Positions 8,412 through 18,138 of a stretch of DNA of 54,084 nt are shown here, in pieces; the stretch's first letter is position 1, and every line of letters begins with the position of its first letter. This DNA comes from Candidatus Krumholzibacteriia bacterium (lineage in GTDB: Bacteria; Krumholzibacteriota; Krumholzibacteriia; LZORAL124-64-63): positions 1 to 54,084 of the forward strand of contig JAWOID010000035.1 of assembly GCA_046484865.1 (NCBI GenBank), written 5' to 3'. The notes under the pieces are model-generated. The model ran no database searches and was not told where the DNA came from. It saw only the letters and a list, made by a program, of their open reading frames with translations. The position numbers and the translations under genes are program-made.

Positions 8412-8440
8412 AGACTAACCACCGGCGCGGCCAGCGTCAA
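8412..8440 (-). promoter_or_regulatory. sigma70-type promoter upstream of mutL-miaA
   Basis: TTGACG - 17 bp - TAGTCT on the minus strand. Confidence 0.6.
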
Positions 8441-8468
8441 TCGTCCCGCGGTACCGCGACGACCGGCT

Positions 8469-8595
8469 GCCGGTGGCGGCTTCCGGGGCGTCCGTGGCAG
8501 CTCCCGGGGCGCCGGTGGCAGCCCCCGGGGCGCCGGTGGCGGCTACCGCGGCGTCTGTGGTGGCTCTCCGGGCCGCCGGTGGCGGTTCACCGGCC
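8469..8595. repeat. Intergenic tandem array, six imperfect 21-22 bp units (consensus about GCCGGTGGCRGCYYCCGGGGC)
   Basis: Units start at 8469, 8490, 8511, 8532, 8553 and 8575. Confidence 0.85.
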
Positions 8596-8606
8596 CGCGG
8601 GCGGTG

Positions 8607-10841
8607 TCAGGCGAGCTTGTCGAGGGTGGTCGCCAGCAGCATGTCGGCGCTGTCGTGGCGTCCCGGGTACACGGTGTGGGCGGCCTGGACGGGCAGCTGC
8701 GGATCGCCGGCGATCTCGCGCAGGTTCGACGTCAGGCGGCGCTGCAGGCGCGGCACCGACTGGGTGTCCTCCGGCACCAGGACCAGCAGCGTGCCGTCCG
8801 CGAGGGTGAAGACCCGGTCGCTGCTGCGCACGCGGTCGGCCAGGGCCCGCGCCCGGATGCCCGCGGCCACGGGCCCGGCGGTGCCCTGGGCGCGCAGGGC
8901 GAGCAACGCGAAGGTGGTGTGATAGCGGTCGCAGCGGTCCATCTCACGCCGCACGGCATCGCGCACCAGGTCGTGCGCGTCGGCCACCTCGAAACCCGCT
9001 TCCGCGCTCTCCCCGGACCGGACGGGGGGCTCCGTCCCCGGGCCGCGGGCGGGCGCGGGCTCGGCGAGCAGCGCCGGCAGCAGCCCGGCCAAACGCTGCG
9101 CCAGTTCCGCGTCGAAAGCCGCGAAGACCGCGCCGTCCAGCGCATGCAGCCGCCGCTTGTCGCGGAGCACGATGCCCGGCGCGGCCTGCCCGGCCCGCGC
9201 CGGCACCGCGAGCAGCGCCGACTCCTCCTCGCGCGGCTCGCCGGCCTCCGAGAGCAGCGTCACGCGCCAGCCTTCCTCCGACGCCTCCTCCAGCAGGCGG
9301 GCGGCCTCGGCGCTCCAGGCGGGATCATCCACCGGATCTCCGGCCGCGAACGACGCCTCGCCGTCCACGATCGTCCGTACCAGGTACGCGCGGCGTGCGC
9401 CGGTGAGACCGCGGGCCGCCACCAGCAGCCCCTCGCAGGCGCGCTCCCGCTCCTCCGGCGCCCGGGCGCCGAGGTCCGTGAGCCGGCGTGACAGTTCGCT
9501 GAGACGCGTCAGCCGATCTTCCTGGCGCACGCCCCGCACGAGGTCGCCCAGGCGCCGCTCGAGCAGGTAGACGACCTCGCCCGTGAGCGCATGGAAGGAG
9601 TGCGCCGCCTTGCCGCCCGCGAACGAGACGGTGAGCACGGCCAGCACCGGGTCGTGTCCCACCGGCAGGTAGAAGAGGGTGACCGGCTGGCTGCCTTCGG
9701 CCGGGTCCTCCTGCCGCACCACCAGCGGAGCGCCCGTCTCCAGTACCTCGCACCAGGCGTCGTTCTCGAGCGCCTCGTGCCGGAGACCGCCACCGCCGTG
9801 CGTCGTGCCCTCGGCGACCAGCAGGCTGCCGTCCTCGCACAGGACGCTCAGCGCCACGCTCTCGGCCGCCACCGTCACGGAGAGGCCGCTGGCCCAGGCC
9901 GGCAGGATGGCCTCGAGACCGCCGCCGCGCTCGGTCACCTCGCGCAGGTGGCGGTCGGCCAGACGGAACATCTCGCCCGTGTACGACTCCTGCAGCTGCA
10001 GGAAGCGCGCGAGGATCATGCCGAAGCGGCGCGAGAGCCCCGCCACCGCCACCAGGTCGTCCTCGTCGAGCGGAGGGTCGTCGCGGGCCGACGAGAGGTT
10101 GAGCACGCCCAGCAGCCGTTCCTCCCACACCAGCGGGATGCACAGCGCCGTGGCGATGTCGGGTCGGTCACGCTCGTTGCCGACCGCGAGGTTGCCGGTG
10201 ACCAGTCGCGCCTCGCGGCTCTGCGCCACCTGGCCGGCGATCCCCTCGCCCAGCTTCAGGCGCGTGCGGTGCAGTGTGGCCTCGCTCAGGCCGTAGGCGA
10301 AGGCGATGTACAGCTCTTCCGAACGATCATCGTAGAGCATCAGCGAACCGCTGCCCGCACCCGCGGCGCGGGTGGCGAGGCTCAGCAGCCAGCGCAGGAG
10401 CGACTCCTGCTCGAGCGCCTCCTCGATGCGGCTCAAGGTACGGTGGATGGCCTCGGTGTCGCGCTCGAGGAACTCCAGGTCGCGGGGCGTCCGGCGTACC
10501 TCTCGCCGTTCGAGAAACTGCCGGCGCAGCAGCGGCCGGAAGTCGCGACCGGCCAGGGTCTGCCAGCCGCGCTCCTCGGCGACGGCGAGCACGTCGTTGA
10601 GTTCGCCGTCGCCGGCGCCGTGGACCAGGTAGTCGGCGGCGTCGGCGGGTACGGCGTCGAGGTCGGGATGGACGGGGACGCGGATGATCTCGGCGAGCCC
10701 GGCGGCGAGCGAACCGCCGCGCGGATCGACGACCGCCACGATGCGCGCATCGCGGCGCCCCGCCAGCTCGGCGAACAGCCCCATCTCCGACTCGCCCGGC
10801 CAGGCCAGGACCACCCGCCAGCGGAGTGTCGGCTCCACCAT
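8607..10841 (-). CDS. GAF-domain signalling protein with a degenerate C-terminal GGDEF-like domain
   Basis: GAF (GSLMLYD...LKLGEGIAGQVA...CIPL...LLGVLNL); C-terminus RREMDRCDRY..FALL..RSSDRVFTLADGTLLVLVPE; GAGGAGGAG RBS. Confidence 0.75.
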   Translation of the reverse strand: MVEPTLRWRVVLAWPGESEMGLFAELAGRRDARIVAVVDPRGGSLAAGLAEIIRVPVHPDLDAVPADAADYLVHGAGDGELNDVLAVAEERGWQTLAGRDFRPLLRRQFLERREVRRTPRDLEFLERDTEAIHRTLSRIEEALEQESLLRWLLSLATRAAGAGSGSLMLYDDRSEELYIAFAYGLSEATLHRTRLKLGEGIAGQVAQSREARLVTGNLAVGNERDRPDIATALCIPLVWEERLLGVLNLSSARDDPPLDEDDLVAVAGLSRRFGMILARFLQLQESYTGEMFRLADRHLREVTERGGGLEAILPAWASGLSVTVAAESVALSVLCEDGSLLVAEGTTHGGGGLRHEALENDAWCEVLETGAPLVVRQEDPAEGSQPVTLFYLPVGHDPVLAVLTVSFAGGKAAHSFHALTGEVVYLLERRLGDLVRGVRQEDRLTRLSELSRRLTDLGARAPEERERACEGLLVAARGLTGARRAYLVRTIVDGEASFAAGDPVDDPAWSAEAARLLEEASEEGWRVTLLSEAGEPREEESALLAVPARAGQAAPGIVLRDKRRLHALDGAVFAAFDAELAQRLAGLLPALLAEPAPARGPGTEPPVRSGESAEAGFEVADAHDLVRDAVRREMDRCDRYHTTFALLALRAQGTAGPVAAGIRARALADRVRSSDRVFTLADGTLLVLVPEDTQSVPRLQRRLTSNLREIAGDPQLPVQAAHTVYPGRHDSADMLLATTLDKLA

Positions 10842-10933
10842 GACTCCTCCTCGCGACGCTCGGCGCCTGATCCCATGATCGGCTGCCGGGGTGCGGACTT
10901 GACGGCAGGGTGGTCCCGGGCGCGGCGCCGGCG

Positions 10934-13693
10934 TCAGGTGCGGTCGCGGAGCTGGCGCTGGATACGGGCCAGCCAGAGGAAGGCGTCCATCGGGCTGATC
11001 CGGTCGAGGTCGAGGCCGCGCAGAGCCTCGAGGGCGTCGCGCTCGTGTTCGGCGAACAGGCTGAGCTGCTGGTGGCGCAGGCCCGCGGCCAGTTCGCGCG
11101 CCACGTCACCGTCGGCCGCCACCGTGGCCCCGCCGGCCCCGCCCGCGGCACCCGCGGCGCCCGCGGCGCCGGCGGCCGCCTCGGCGAGGGTGCGACGGTC
11201 CTCGCTGGTGAGCCGCGCCAGGACCTGCTCCGCCCGCCGCAGCACCGGTTCGGGGATCCCCGCCAGGCGCGCGACGTGGATGCCGTAGCTCTTGTCCGAC
11301 CGGCCGGGCTTGACCGCGTGCATGAAGATGATGCGGCCCTCCCACTCCTTGACGTCCAGGCGCAGGTTCACCAGCCCGGGCAGGCGGTCCTCGAGCTCGG
11401 TCAACTCGTGATAGTGGGTGGCGAACACCGTCCGGGGTCGCGGACCGCCACCCTGGCCCAGGAACTCCGTGATGGCCCACGCCAGCGACAGTCCGTCGTA
11501 GGTGGCCGTGCCCCGGCCGATCTCGTCGAGAATGACGACGCTGCGCCGCGTCATCTGGTGCAGGATGTGCGCGGTCTCGCTCATCTCGACCAGGAAGGTG
11601 GACTGCCCGCGCGCCACGTTGTCGCTGGCGCCCACCCTCGTGAAGACCCGGTCCGCCACACCGATGCGCGCGGTTCGCGCCGGCACGAAGCCGCCGGCCT
11701 GCGCCATGATCACCAGCAGGGCCGTCTGCCGCAGGTAGGTGGACTTGCCGCCCATGTTCGGTCCGGTCAGCAGGAAGATCTGCCGCGACTCGCCGTCCAG
11801 GTGCGTGTCGTTGGGGATGAAGTCGTGCTCCAGGAGCTGCTCCACCACCGGGTGGCGACCGCCCTCCACCGCCAGTTCCAGCGTGCCGTCGCAGACGGGC
11901 CGGCAGTAGCCGTGCCGCTCGGCCACCGCGGCGTGGCCGAGCATCAGGTCCATCGCGGCCACCAGGCGCGAGGCGCGATAGATGTCGTCGACGCGAGCCG
12001 CCACCGCCTCGGCGAGTTGCGCGAAGATCGCGCGCTCCAGCGCCTCGCCGCGCTCCTCGGCGTCGAGGATCCGGCTCTCCGCCTCCTTCAGCTCCTCGGT
12101 GTGGAACCGCGCGGCGTTCACGAGGGTCTGCTTCTGCACGTAGTCGTCGGGCACCTTGTCCAGGTGCTTGTTGGTGACCTCCAGGTAGTAGCCGAACACC
12201 TTGTTGTAGCCCACCTTGAGGGAGCCGATGCCGGTGCGCTCGCGCTCGGCGGCCTGCAACCGCGCCAGGTAGCCGCGAGTGTCGGAGGCCAGCTCGCGGC
12301 AGCGATCCAGCTCGGCATCCACGCCCGGGCGGACGACGGGCCCCTGTCCCAGACGCGCCGGAGCGTCGTCGGGCAGCGTGCGCGCGATGCGCTCGGTCAC
12401 GTCCCGCAGGTCGGGCAGCCCCTCCGCCCAGGTGTGGATCGGATGGACGCGCTCGTCGCGCCGCGCGGCCGCCGCCAGGTCCGCCACCGCCGCCAGCGAC
12501 GCGCCGAGCTGCGCGAGCTGGGCCGGTCCGATGCGTCCGCCCGCGGCGCGCGCCCCCAGCCGGTCCAGGTCGCCCACCCGCCGCAGCAGGCTGCAGAGCT
12601 CGTCGCGCCAGTCGCGCGCCTGCAGCGCGCGGTCGATCCCTTCGTGCCACAGCTCCAGTTCCGCCAGGTCGGTGAGCGGTTCGGCCAGCCGGCGCGCCAG
12701 CAGCCGCCGGCCCATCGGCGTCACCGTTCCGTCGATGTGGTGGATCAGGGTGCCCGGACCGCGCTCGCCGCGGAAGGTACGGAAGATCTCGAGGTTGCGC
12801 AGCGTCTCCTCGTCGAGCAGCAGGCGGTCGCCCCGCGCGGCGAACCGCAGCGAGGTGACCTGGGCCGGGCGGCGCAGGTTCAGGCTGGTCAGGTAGCGCA
12901 GCAAGGCGCCCGCGGCCGCGGTGGCGAGGCGCCGGTCGTCGCCCTCGAGGCCGTAGGCGCCCAGACCCTTCACCTCGAAGTGGTCCTGCAAGGTGCGCGC
13001 GGCATACGCCGGATGGAACCACGAGGCGTTCACCCGGTTGAGCACCAGCTCGGGCCGGGCCGCGCGCCAGCGCTGCAGGTCGGCCTCGGCGCAGTCCTCC
13101 CGCACGACGGCCTCGCGCACCGGATGCCGCTCGCAGAGGTCGCTCAGCGTCACCTCCTCCTCGCCGCAGAAGAAGTCGCCCGTGGAAGCGTCCAGCAGCG
13201 CCCACCCGCTGGGCCCCGGTCCGGGCAGGTAGGCCAGGCAATAGACGCCGCCGGCATCGCGCGCCAGTTCGGGCAGCGTGGCGGTGCCCGGGCTGACGAT
13301 CTGGACCACCTCGCGCTTGACCAGTCCTTTGGCCAGGGCGGGGTCTTCCACCTGCTCGCAGATGGCCACCGTGATTCCCGCCTCCAGCAGCCGCCCCAGG
13401 TACGTGTCGAGGGCATGGTGGGGCACACCGGCCAGCGGCACGGGATGATCGCTGCGCGCGTCGCGGGTGGTGAGGGTGACGCCGGTGATCCGCGCCAGCA
13501 GTTCGGCGTCGTCGAAGAACGTCTCGAAGAAATCGCCCATGCGGAACAGGAGCAGGGTTCCGGGGTGCCGGGCCTTGATCTCCAGGTACTGCGCCAGCAT
13601 GGGCGTGACCCTGGCCGGGTCGGGCGCACCGGTGCTCGACGGCGCCGGCGGCGGATCGGCGGGCGCGGACGCTGGGGGGCGGCGGCTGGTCAT
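10934..13693 (-). CDS. mutS: DNA mismatch repair protein MutS
   Basis: TPMLAQY, FRMGDFFETF, TGPNMGGKSTYLRQ, DEIGRGT, FATHYHEL, SYGIHVA; start approximate. Confidence 0.97.
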   Translation of the reverse strand: MTSRRPPASAPADPPPAPSSTGAPDPARVTPMLAQYLEIKARHPGTLLLFRMGDFFETFFDDAELLARITGVTLTTRDARSDHPVPLAGVPHHALDTYLGRLLEAGITVAICEQVEDPALAKGLVKREVVQIVSPGTATLPELARDAGGVYCLAYLPGPGPSGWALLDASTGDFFCGEEEVTLSDLCERHPVREAVVREDCAEADLQRWRAARPELVLNRVNASWFHPAYAARTLQDHFEVKGLGAYGLEGDDRRLATAAAGALLRYLTSLNLRRPAQVTSLRFAARGDRLLLDEETLRNLEIFRTFRGERGPGTLIHHIDGTVTPMGRRLLARRLAEPLTDLAELELWHEGIDRALQARDWRDELCSLLRRVGDLDRLGARAAGGRIGPAQLAQLGASLAAVADLAAAARRDERVHPIHTWAEGLPDLRDVTERIARTLPDDAPARLGQGPVVRPGVDAELDRCRELASDTRGYLARLQAAERERTGIGSLKVGYNKVFGYYLEVTNKHLDKVPDDYVQKQTLVNAARFHTEELKEAESRILDAEERGEALERAIFAQLAEAVAARVDDIYRASRLVAAMDLMLGHAAVAERHGYCRPVCDGTLELAVEGGRHPVVEQLLEHDFIPNDTHLDGESRQIFLLTGPNMGGKSTYLRQTALLVIMAQAGGFVPARTARIGVADRVFTRVGASDNVARGQSTFLVEMSETAHILHQMTRRSVVILDEIGRGTATYDGLSLAWAITEFLGQGGGPRPRTVFATHYHELTELEDRLPGLVNLRLDVKEWEGRIIFMHAVKPGRSDKSYGIHVARLAGIPEPVLRRAEQVLARLTSEDRRTLAEAAAGAAGAAGAAGGAGGATVAADGDVARELAAGLRHQQLSLFAEHERDALEALRGLDLDRISPMDAFLWLARIQRQLRDRT

Positions 13694-13789
13694 GGTGTCC
13701 GGAACCTGGCTCGGGGTCACGCCGGGCGGTCGCGGCGGCGGCGCGGCGACCGGTGGCGGCAAGGGGCGCTGCCCGGATCGTCCGGGACG

Positions 13790-14902
13790 TCAGCGGGCGG
13801 TGTCCACGGCCATCGTCTCGATTCCCAGCCGCTCGCCGATCCGCCGGGCCGCGTCCCGGGCGGCCGGATCCGAAGGGTAGCGGCCCGTACGCACCTTGTA
13901 GAGGATCTGCCCCCGCCGGTCGCGCACCTCGTCGATGCGCAGGTCGGGAAGCTCGCCTCGCCAGCGGCCGACGAACGCCAGCGCCAGCGAACGGTCGCCG
14001 AACGCGGCGAGCTGGACGCTGTGGCGTCCCGGAGCGGGTTGCGCCGCGCTCTCGCCGGCGTCTGCATCGTCTTCCGGCAGCACGACGGCGGTGTCGGCGC
14101 CCGCGCCGGCTTCCGCAGTCGGCTCCGCCGTGGTCTCTCCCGGCGCCCGCACGGTGGCGGCGGCCAGCGAGAGCGGCGCATCGCGCAGCAGCTCCTCCCG
14201 CGTCGCCTCTGCGGCCTCGTGTTCGCCCGTGGCCCGCAGCGCCTGCCAGCGGCCCGCCAGCAGGTCCGGTCGGTCGCCGGGGCGGGCATCGCGAGCCGCG
14301 GTGTCGAAGTAGCGCAGCGCCAGCGCCGGGTCGCCCTCCTCCAGGGAGGTCAGACCGAGCAGGTAGCGGGCGCGTCCGAAGGCGGGGTCGTCGGGTCGGA
14401 TGGTGGCGAACATCTCGCGCGCGCGCTGCAGATGACCGAGCGCGCGGTACGCGATGCCCGCCAGCAGGAAGGTCTCGCCCGGCAGTGCCGACGCGTGGTC
14501 GTCGTCGAGCAGCGGCAGCAGGCTGCGCAGCGCTTCGCCCGGTCGATCCCGTCCCAGTTCCAGCCTCGCCGCCAGCAAGGCTGCCTGGATGCGCACCGGC
14601 CCCGGCAGACTGCGGTCGGCGGCCGCGTCGCGGGCCTTCTCCAGGGCGGCCGCCGGGTTCGTCTCCAGCTGCAGTTCCCAGAGCAGGCGTTCGCCGGGCC
14701 GATCGAGAGCGGCTGCGTCGGTGCGCAGCTGCGTGCGGGCGGCGGCGTACTCGCCGCGCGCGAACAGGTCGGTCAGGCTGCCCTGTCCGAGCACCGGCAC
14801 CGCCGCGAGCAGCAGCAGGGCCGGCAGGATCCGCAGGAGACGCGACCGGGTGCGCGGCCGGTGCGGCCGGTTCGCAGCGTTGTTCAGGCGACGGTCGGAC
14901 AC
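13790..14902 (-). CDS. Exported TPR-repeat protein with a C-terminal SPOR domain
   Basis: Signal peptide, helical repeats, SVQLAAF...YKVRTGRY SPOR motif. Confidence 0.75.
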   Translation of the reverse strand: MSDRRLNNAANRPHRPRTRSRLLRILPALLLLAAVPVLGQGSLTDLFARGEYAAARTQLRTDAAALDRPGERLLWELQLETNPAAALEKARDAAADRSLPGPVRIQAALLAARLELGRDRPGEALRSLLPLLDDDHASALPGETFLLAGIAYRALGHLQRAREMFATIRPDDPAFGRARYLLGLTSLEEGDPALALRYFDTAARDARPGDRPDLLAGRWQALRATGEHEAAEATREELLRDAPLSLAAATVRAPGETTAEPTAEAGAGADTAVVLPEDDADAGESAAQPAPGRHSVQLAAFGDRSLALAFVGRWRGELPDLRIDEVRDRRGQILYKVRTGRYPSDPAARDAARRIGERLGIETMAVDTAR

Positions 14903-14971
14903 GGCTTCCTCGGCTCGATGCTGGTGATCCGGCCACGCCGCCGCGGCGCGAGGCCGCCCGCAGCGGGGCGG

Positions 14972-16195
14972 CTAGAACCGGACGGGTGCTGCCGGCGCCG
15001 GCTCCACACCGGCTGTGACCGCGGAGTTGCGGCCCGCCTTGACGTAGTCGCCGAAGTTGCGGCACTGCGGACAGAACCAGCGCACGGCCTCGTCGATGCG
15101 GCCGCAGGAGGGACACCGCCAGCGGCTGCTTCGTTCCCGGGCGTCGGGCGGCGCCAGTGCGCCCCACACCGCCTGGAGGTCGGGCGAACCCTCGTCCGCG
15201 ACCAGCAGCCTCAGGTACGGCGCCGCCACGTCCGGCGTGAACCGCGGATCGCCGCGCTTCGCCTCCAGCAGGCGGACGGCCCGGTCGCGACGGCCCAGCT
15301 TCTCGTACAGCAGTGCGAGCGCGACCCACAGCCGAGGCGGCGCCTCGCTCTCGCTGGTCGCGTTCTCGAGGATCGGGACGATCCGGTCGTACTGTCCGGT
15401 CTCCAGGAGCACTTCCTGCAGCGAGGGCCAGACGACGCTCAGATCCTCGGGCCGATCGAGCATCGCGTCGGTCACCGCCTCCACGGCTGCCGCCGCATCG
15501 CCGCGCTGCGCGGCGAGCAGGGCTCGCACGTAGGCGGCCCGGGTCGCCGCTTCGGGAAGATCCTGCACGTCCTTCAGGCGCGCTTCGGCCGGCGCCCCCT
15601 CGTGACGGCGGGCATGCTCGAGCGCACGATCCAGCTGGTAGCGCCCGTAGGCCTCGCGGAACGCCGGCCGGTCCTCGACCGGTCCGTGGCGCATGGCGCG
15701 CTTGAGGGTGCGTGCCGCCTCCGGCAGCTCGCCCCGGCCGTGGCGCTCGGCGAAGCGGAGCCACACGTAGCGGGCGAGACCACCGGCGCGCGGCTCGAGC
15801 TGGTCGAGGACGGCCGCCGCCTCGGCCCAGTGGCCGAGCGCGACCAGGTCGTCCGCCAGCGCCAGGCCGACCGTGACCTTCTTCCGGTTGCCGAGGTCGG
15901 GCCGCACCGTGAGGCTGCGATGCAGGATCGCCGCCCGCTGGGGGTCGCCCAGTTCCCGCAACAGGATGCCGAGTTGCAGGAACGGGTCGATGGCGTCCGG
16001 ATCGTCCTGGACCACTCTCCGCAGCAGGTCGGCGGCCGCCCGCCGCTCGCCGGCCACCCAGAGTTCCAGCGCCTGCAAGTAGCGATCCTCTCCCGCCCGG
16101 ACGGACGGGCGACGGAACGCCAGGTAGACGGCGCCGCCCGCGGCCACGATCACCACCAGCGCCACCAGAACGCCCGTGAGACTACCCTCGCTCAT
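14972..16195 (-). CDS. lapB: Lipopolysaccharide assembly protein B-like (TM, TPR repeats, rubredoxin-like Cys4)
   Basis: N-terminal TM, LGILLRELGDPQRAAILHRSL, C-terminal CPSCG..WFCPQC; follows lapA. Confidence 0.75.
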   Translation of the reverse strand: MSEGSLTGVLVALVVIVAAGGAVYLAFRRPSVRAGEDRYLQALELWVAGERRAAADLLRRVVQDDPDAIDPFLQLGILLRELGDPQRAAILHRSLTVRPDLGNRKKVTVGLALADDLVALGHWAEAAAVLDQLEPRAGGLARYVWLRFAERHGRGELPEAARTLKRAMRHGPVEDRPAFREAYGRYQLDRALEHARRHEGAPAEARLKDVQDLPEAATRAAYVRALLAAQRGDAAAAVEAVTDAMLDRPEDLSVVWPSLQEVLLETGQYDRIVPILENATSESEAPPRLWVALALLYEKLGRRDRAVRLLEAKRGDPRFTPDVAAPYLRLLVADEGSPDLQAVWGALAPPDARERSSRWRCPSCGRIDEAVRWFCPQCRNFGDYVKAGRNSAVTAGVEPAPAAPVRF

Positions 16196-16547
16196 GCTGC
16201 TCCCGCTCCGGTGCGCCGATCCGGTCGCGTGGCGGCGCCGTCTCGCCGGTCTCGTCCAGGTCGCGCAGGGGCAGGGTGCGCAGGTCGGCGATCTCGCGCT
16301 CCTTCGACCGCAGCGCCCGCCGCAACCGCCGCTGGCGATTATGCGATTGCAGCTCGCGGAATGCCGCCACCACGAAAGCCACCGTGAATCCCAGCACGAA
16401 CGAGACCATGACCACCCAGAAGATGGACACGTCCAGGTACCGCTTGCCGAACACGTTCAGGTCCACCGTCTGCCCGGAATTGGCCACGAAGAAGTAGACC
16501 AGAACCAGCAGCAAGGCGATGAAGAGGAGACCCTTGATCACCCACAC
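16182..16547 (-). CDS. lapA: LapA family membrane protein
   Basis: Two TM helices with FFVANSGQTVDL, basic coiled-coil tail; GAGG RBS. Confidence 0.75.
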   Translation of the reverse strand: MWVIKGLLFIALLLVLVYFFVANSGQTVDLNVFGKRYLDVSIFWVVMVSFVLGFTVAFVVAAFRELQSHNRQRRLRRALRSKEREIADLRTLPLRDLDETGETAPPRDRIGAPEREQHERG

Positions 16548-16656
16548 GTCGATTCACCTCGCTTGGCGGACCGAGGCGGGACGCCGGCGCAGCCCCTCGC
16601 CGCGCCCGTCGCCGTTCCCGCCGACCCCAGGGAATGTAACGGATCCACCGGGGCGT

Positions 16657-18138
16657 TCAACCCCGGACAGCGGGCCGGGTGTGCCGCCGCGCATCCGGGT
16701 CGGCCACCGGCAGGGCCTGGAAGGTGGTGTGACGGTGGCCGGTGACGGTCACCCGCAGCACCATGCCCGCGCGGTAGCCGGCCCGGCCGGGCACGACGAC
16801 CTTCCGGTTGTTCGCGGTGCGCAGCCGCCAGGGCCGCGCGTCGCCGGTCGCGCCGTCCGGCTTGCGGGCGGGCTCCTCCAGCACCCCGGTCCAGACCCGC
16901 CCCACCTGCGCCGCGGCCAGGCGCTCCCAGGCCTCGTCCTGGGCCGCCAGCAGCGCCGCCAGGCGGCGCTTCTTCTCCTGCAGCGGCACGTCGTCGTCGA
17001 GGCGTTCGGCCGGCGTACCCGGCCTCGCCGAGTACTTGAAGGCGAAGATCTGGTCGAAGCCGACCTCGCGCACCACCGCCAGGGTCGCGACGAAGTCCTC
17101 CTCCGTCTCGCCGGGAAACCCCACGATGAAGTCGGAGGAGAAGGTGACGTCGGGAATGGCCCGCCGCGCCTGCTCCACCATCGCGAGGTACTCGTCGCGG
17201 CGGTAGAGCCGCTTCATCCGCCTCAGCACGCGGTCGCTGCCGGACTGGATGGGCACGTGCAGCCACGGACAGACCTGCGGCAGGGCGGCCATCGTCGCCA
17301 CGAGCCGCGTCGTCAGATCGCGAGGGTGACCGGTGAGGAAGCGGATCCGCTCGAGATGCGGCACGCCGGCCACCCGCTCGAGCAGCCCGGCGAAGTCGAG
17401 TTCGTCGCGCCAGCGGTAGGCGGTGACGTTCTGCCCGAGCAGGGTCACCTCCCGTCCGCCCGCCTCCACGACCGCACGCACCTCGTCGAGGATGACCTCG
17501 GGCGCCTTCTCGCGCTGGGGCCCGCGCGTGGCCGGTACGATGCAGTACGTGCAGCGGTAGTCGCAGCCCTTGTGGATGGTGACCAGATGGCTGTTGTTCG
17601 TGGGGTACGCCTCGGGCGGCGCCACGTAGTGCACCTCGTCGCGGTGGCCCACGACGGTGCGCAGCGGCGGTTCGCGCTCGGCGAGCAGTTCGGCCAGAAG
17701 CGCCGGCAGCCGGTCGTACTGGTCCACGCCGGCCACCAGGTCGGCGCGTCCATCGCGGCGCAGCGACTCGCCCAGGCGCTCGGCCATGCACCCGCACACG
17801 CCGAGCAGGGTGCGACGACCATGGAGTTCCGCCCGCCGGCGCAACTCGCCCAGACGGCTGATCACGCGGTGCTCCGCATGTTCGCGCACCGAGCAGGTGT
17901 TCAGCAGCACCACGTCCGTCTCCTCCTCGCTCGCGGCCGGCTGGAAACCGGCTGCGGTCAGGAGGCCGACGATCGCGTTGCTGTCGTAGACGTTCATCTG
18001 GCAGCCGTACGTCTCCACGTGCACGCGCCAGCGGCGTGCGTCGGCGACCGGAACGGCCGCTTGCCGGTCCGCACTCCGCGGCGCAGCCGCCCGCACCTGC
18101 AGGTCCGGCGCCACGAGGGGTCGCGAGCCGTCGTTCAT
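16657..18138 (-). CDS. miaB: tRNA-2-methylthio-N6-isopentenyladenosine synthase
   Basis: TYGCQMNVYDS, NTCSVRE, GCMAER, CDYRCTYC, LLGQNV, TRAM-like C-terminus. Confidence 0.93.
   Translation of the reverse strand: MNDGSRPLVAPDLQVRAAAPRSADRQAAVPVADARRWRVHVETYGCQMNVYDSNAIVGLLTAAGFQPAASEEETDVVLLNTCSVREHAEHRVISRLGELRRRAELHGRRTLLGVCGCMAERLGESLRRDGRADLVAGVDQYDRLPALLAELLAEREPPLRTVVGHRDEVHYVAPPEAYPTNNSHLVTIHKGCDYRCTYCIVPATRGPQREKAPEVILDEVRAVVEAGGREVTLLGQNVTAYRWRDELDFAGLLERVAGVPHLERIRFLTGHPRDLTTRLVATMAALPQVCPWLHVPIQSGSDRVLRRMKRLYRRDEYLAMVEQARRAIPDVTFSSDFIVGFPGETEEDFVATLAVVREVGFDQIFAFKYSARPGTPAERLDDDVPLQEKKRRLAALLAAQDEAWERLAAAQVGRVWTGVLEEPARKPDGATGDARPWRLRTANNRKVVVPGRAGYRAGMVLRVTVTGHRHTTFQALPVADPDARRHTRPAVRG

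Noticed and set aside
8469..8595. Tandem array as a CRISPR array or a small repeat-protein gene
   Set aside because: No unique spacers and no cas genes; one 22-bp unit breaks the reading phase and there is no RBS.
11120..11185. Ala/Gly low-complexity tracts in MutS (also the SecA C-terminal linker and the RluB poly-Arg)
   Set aside because: Ordinary flexible linkers in a high-GC genome.
10910..16387. Very long plus-strand and alternative-frame ORFs (for example 1825 aa, 1552 aa, 1439 aa, 895 aa)
   Set aside because: Shadow ORFs of high-GC genes: Arg/Ala/Pro/Gly-rich, no motifs, and fully overlapping well-supported genes.
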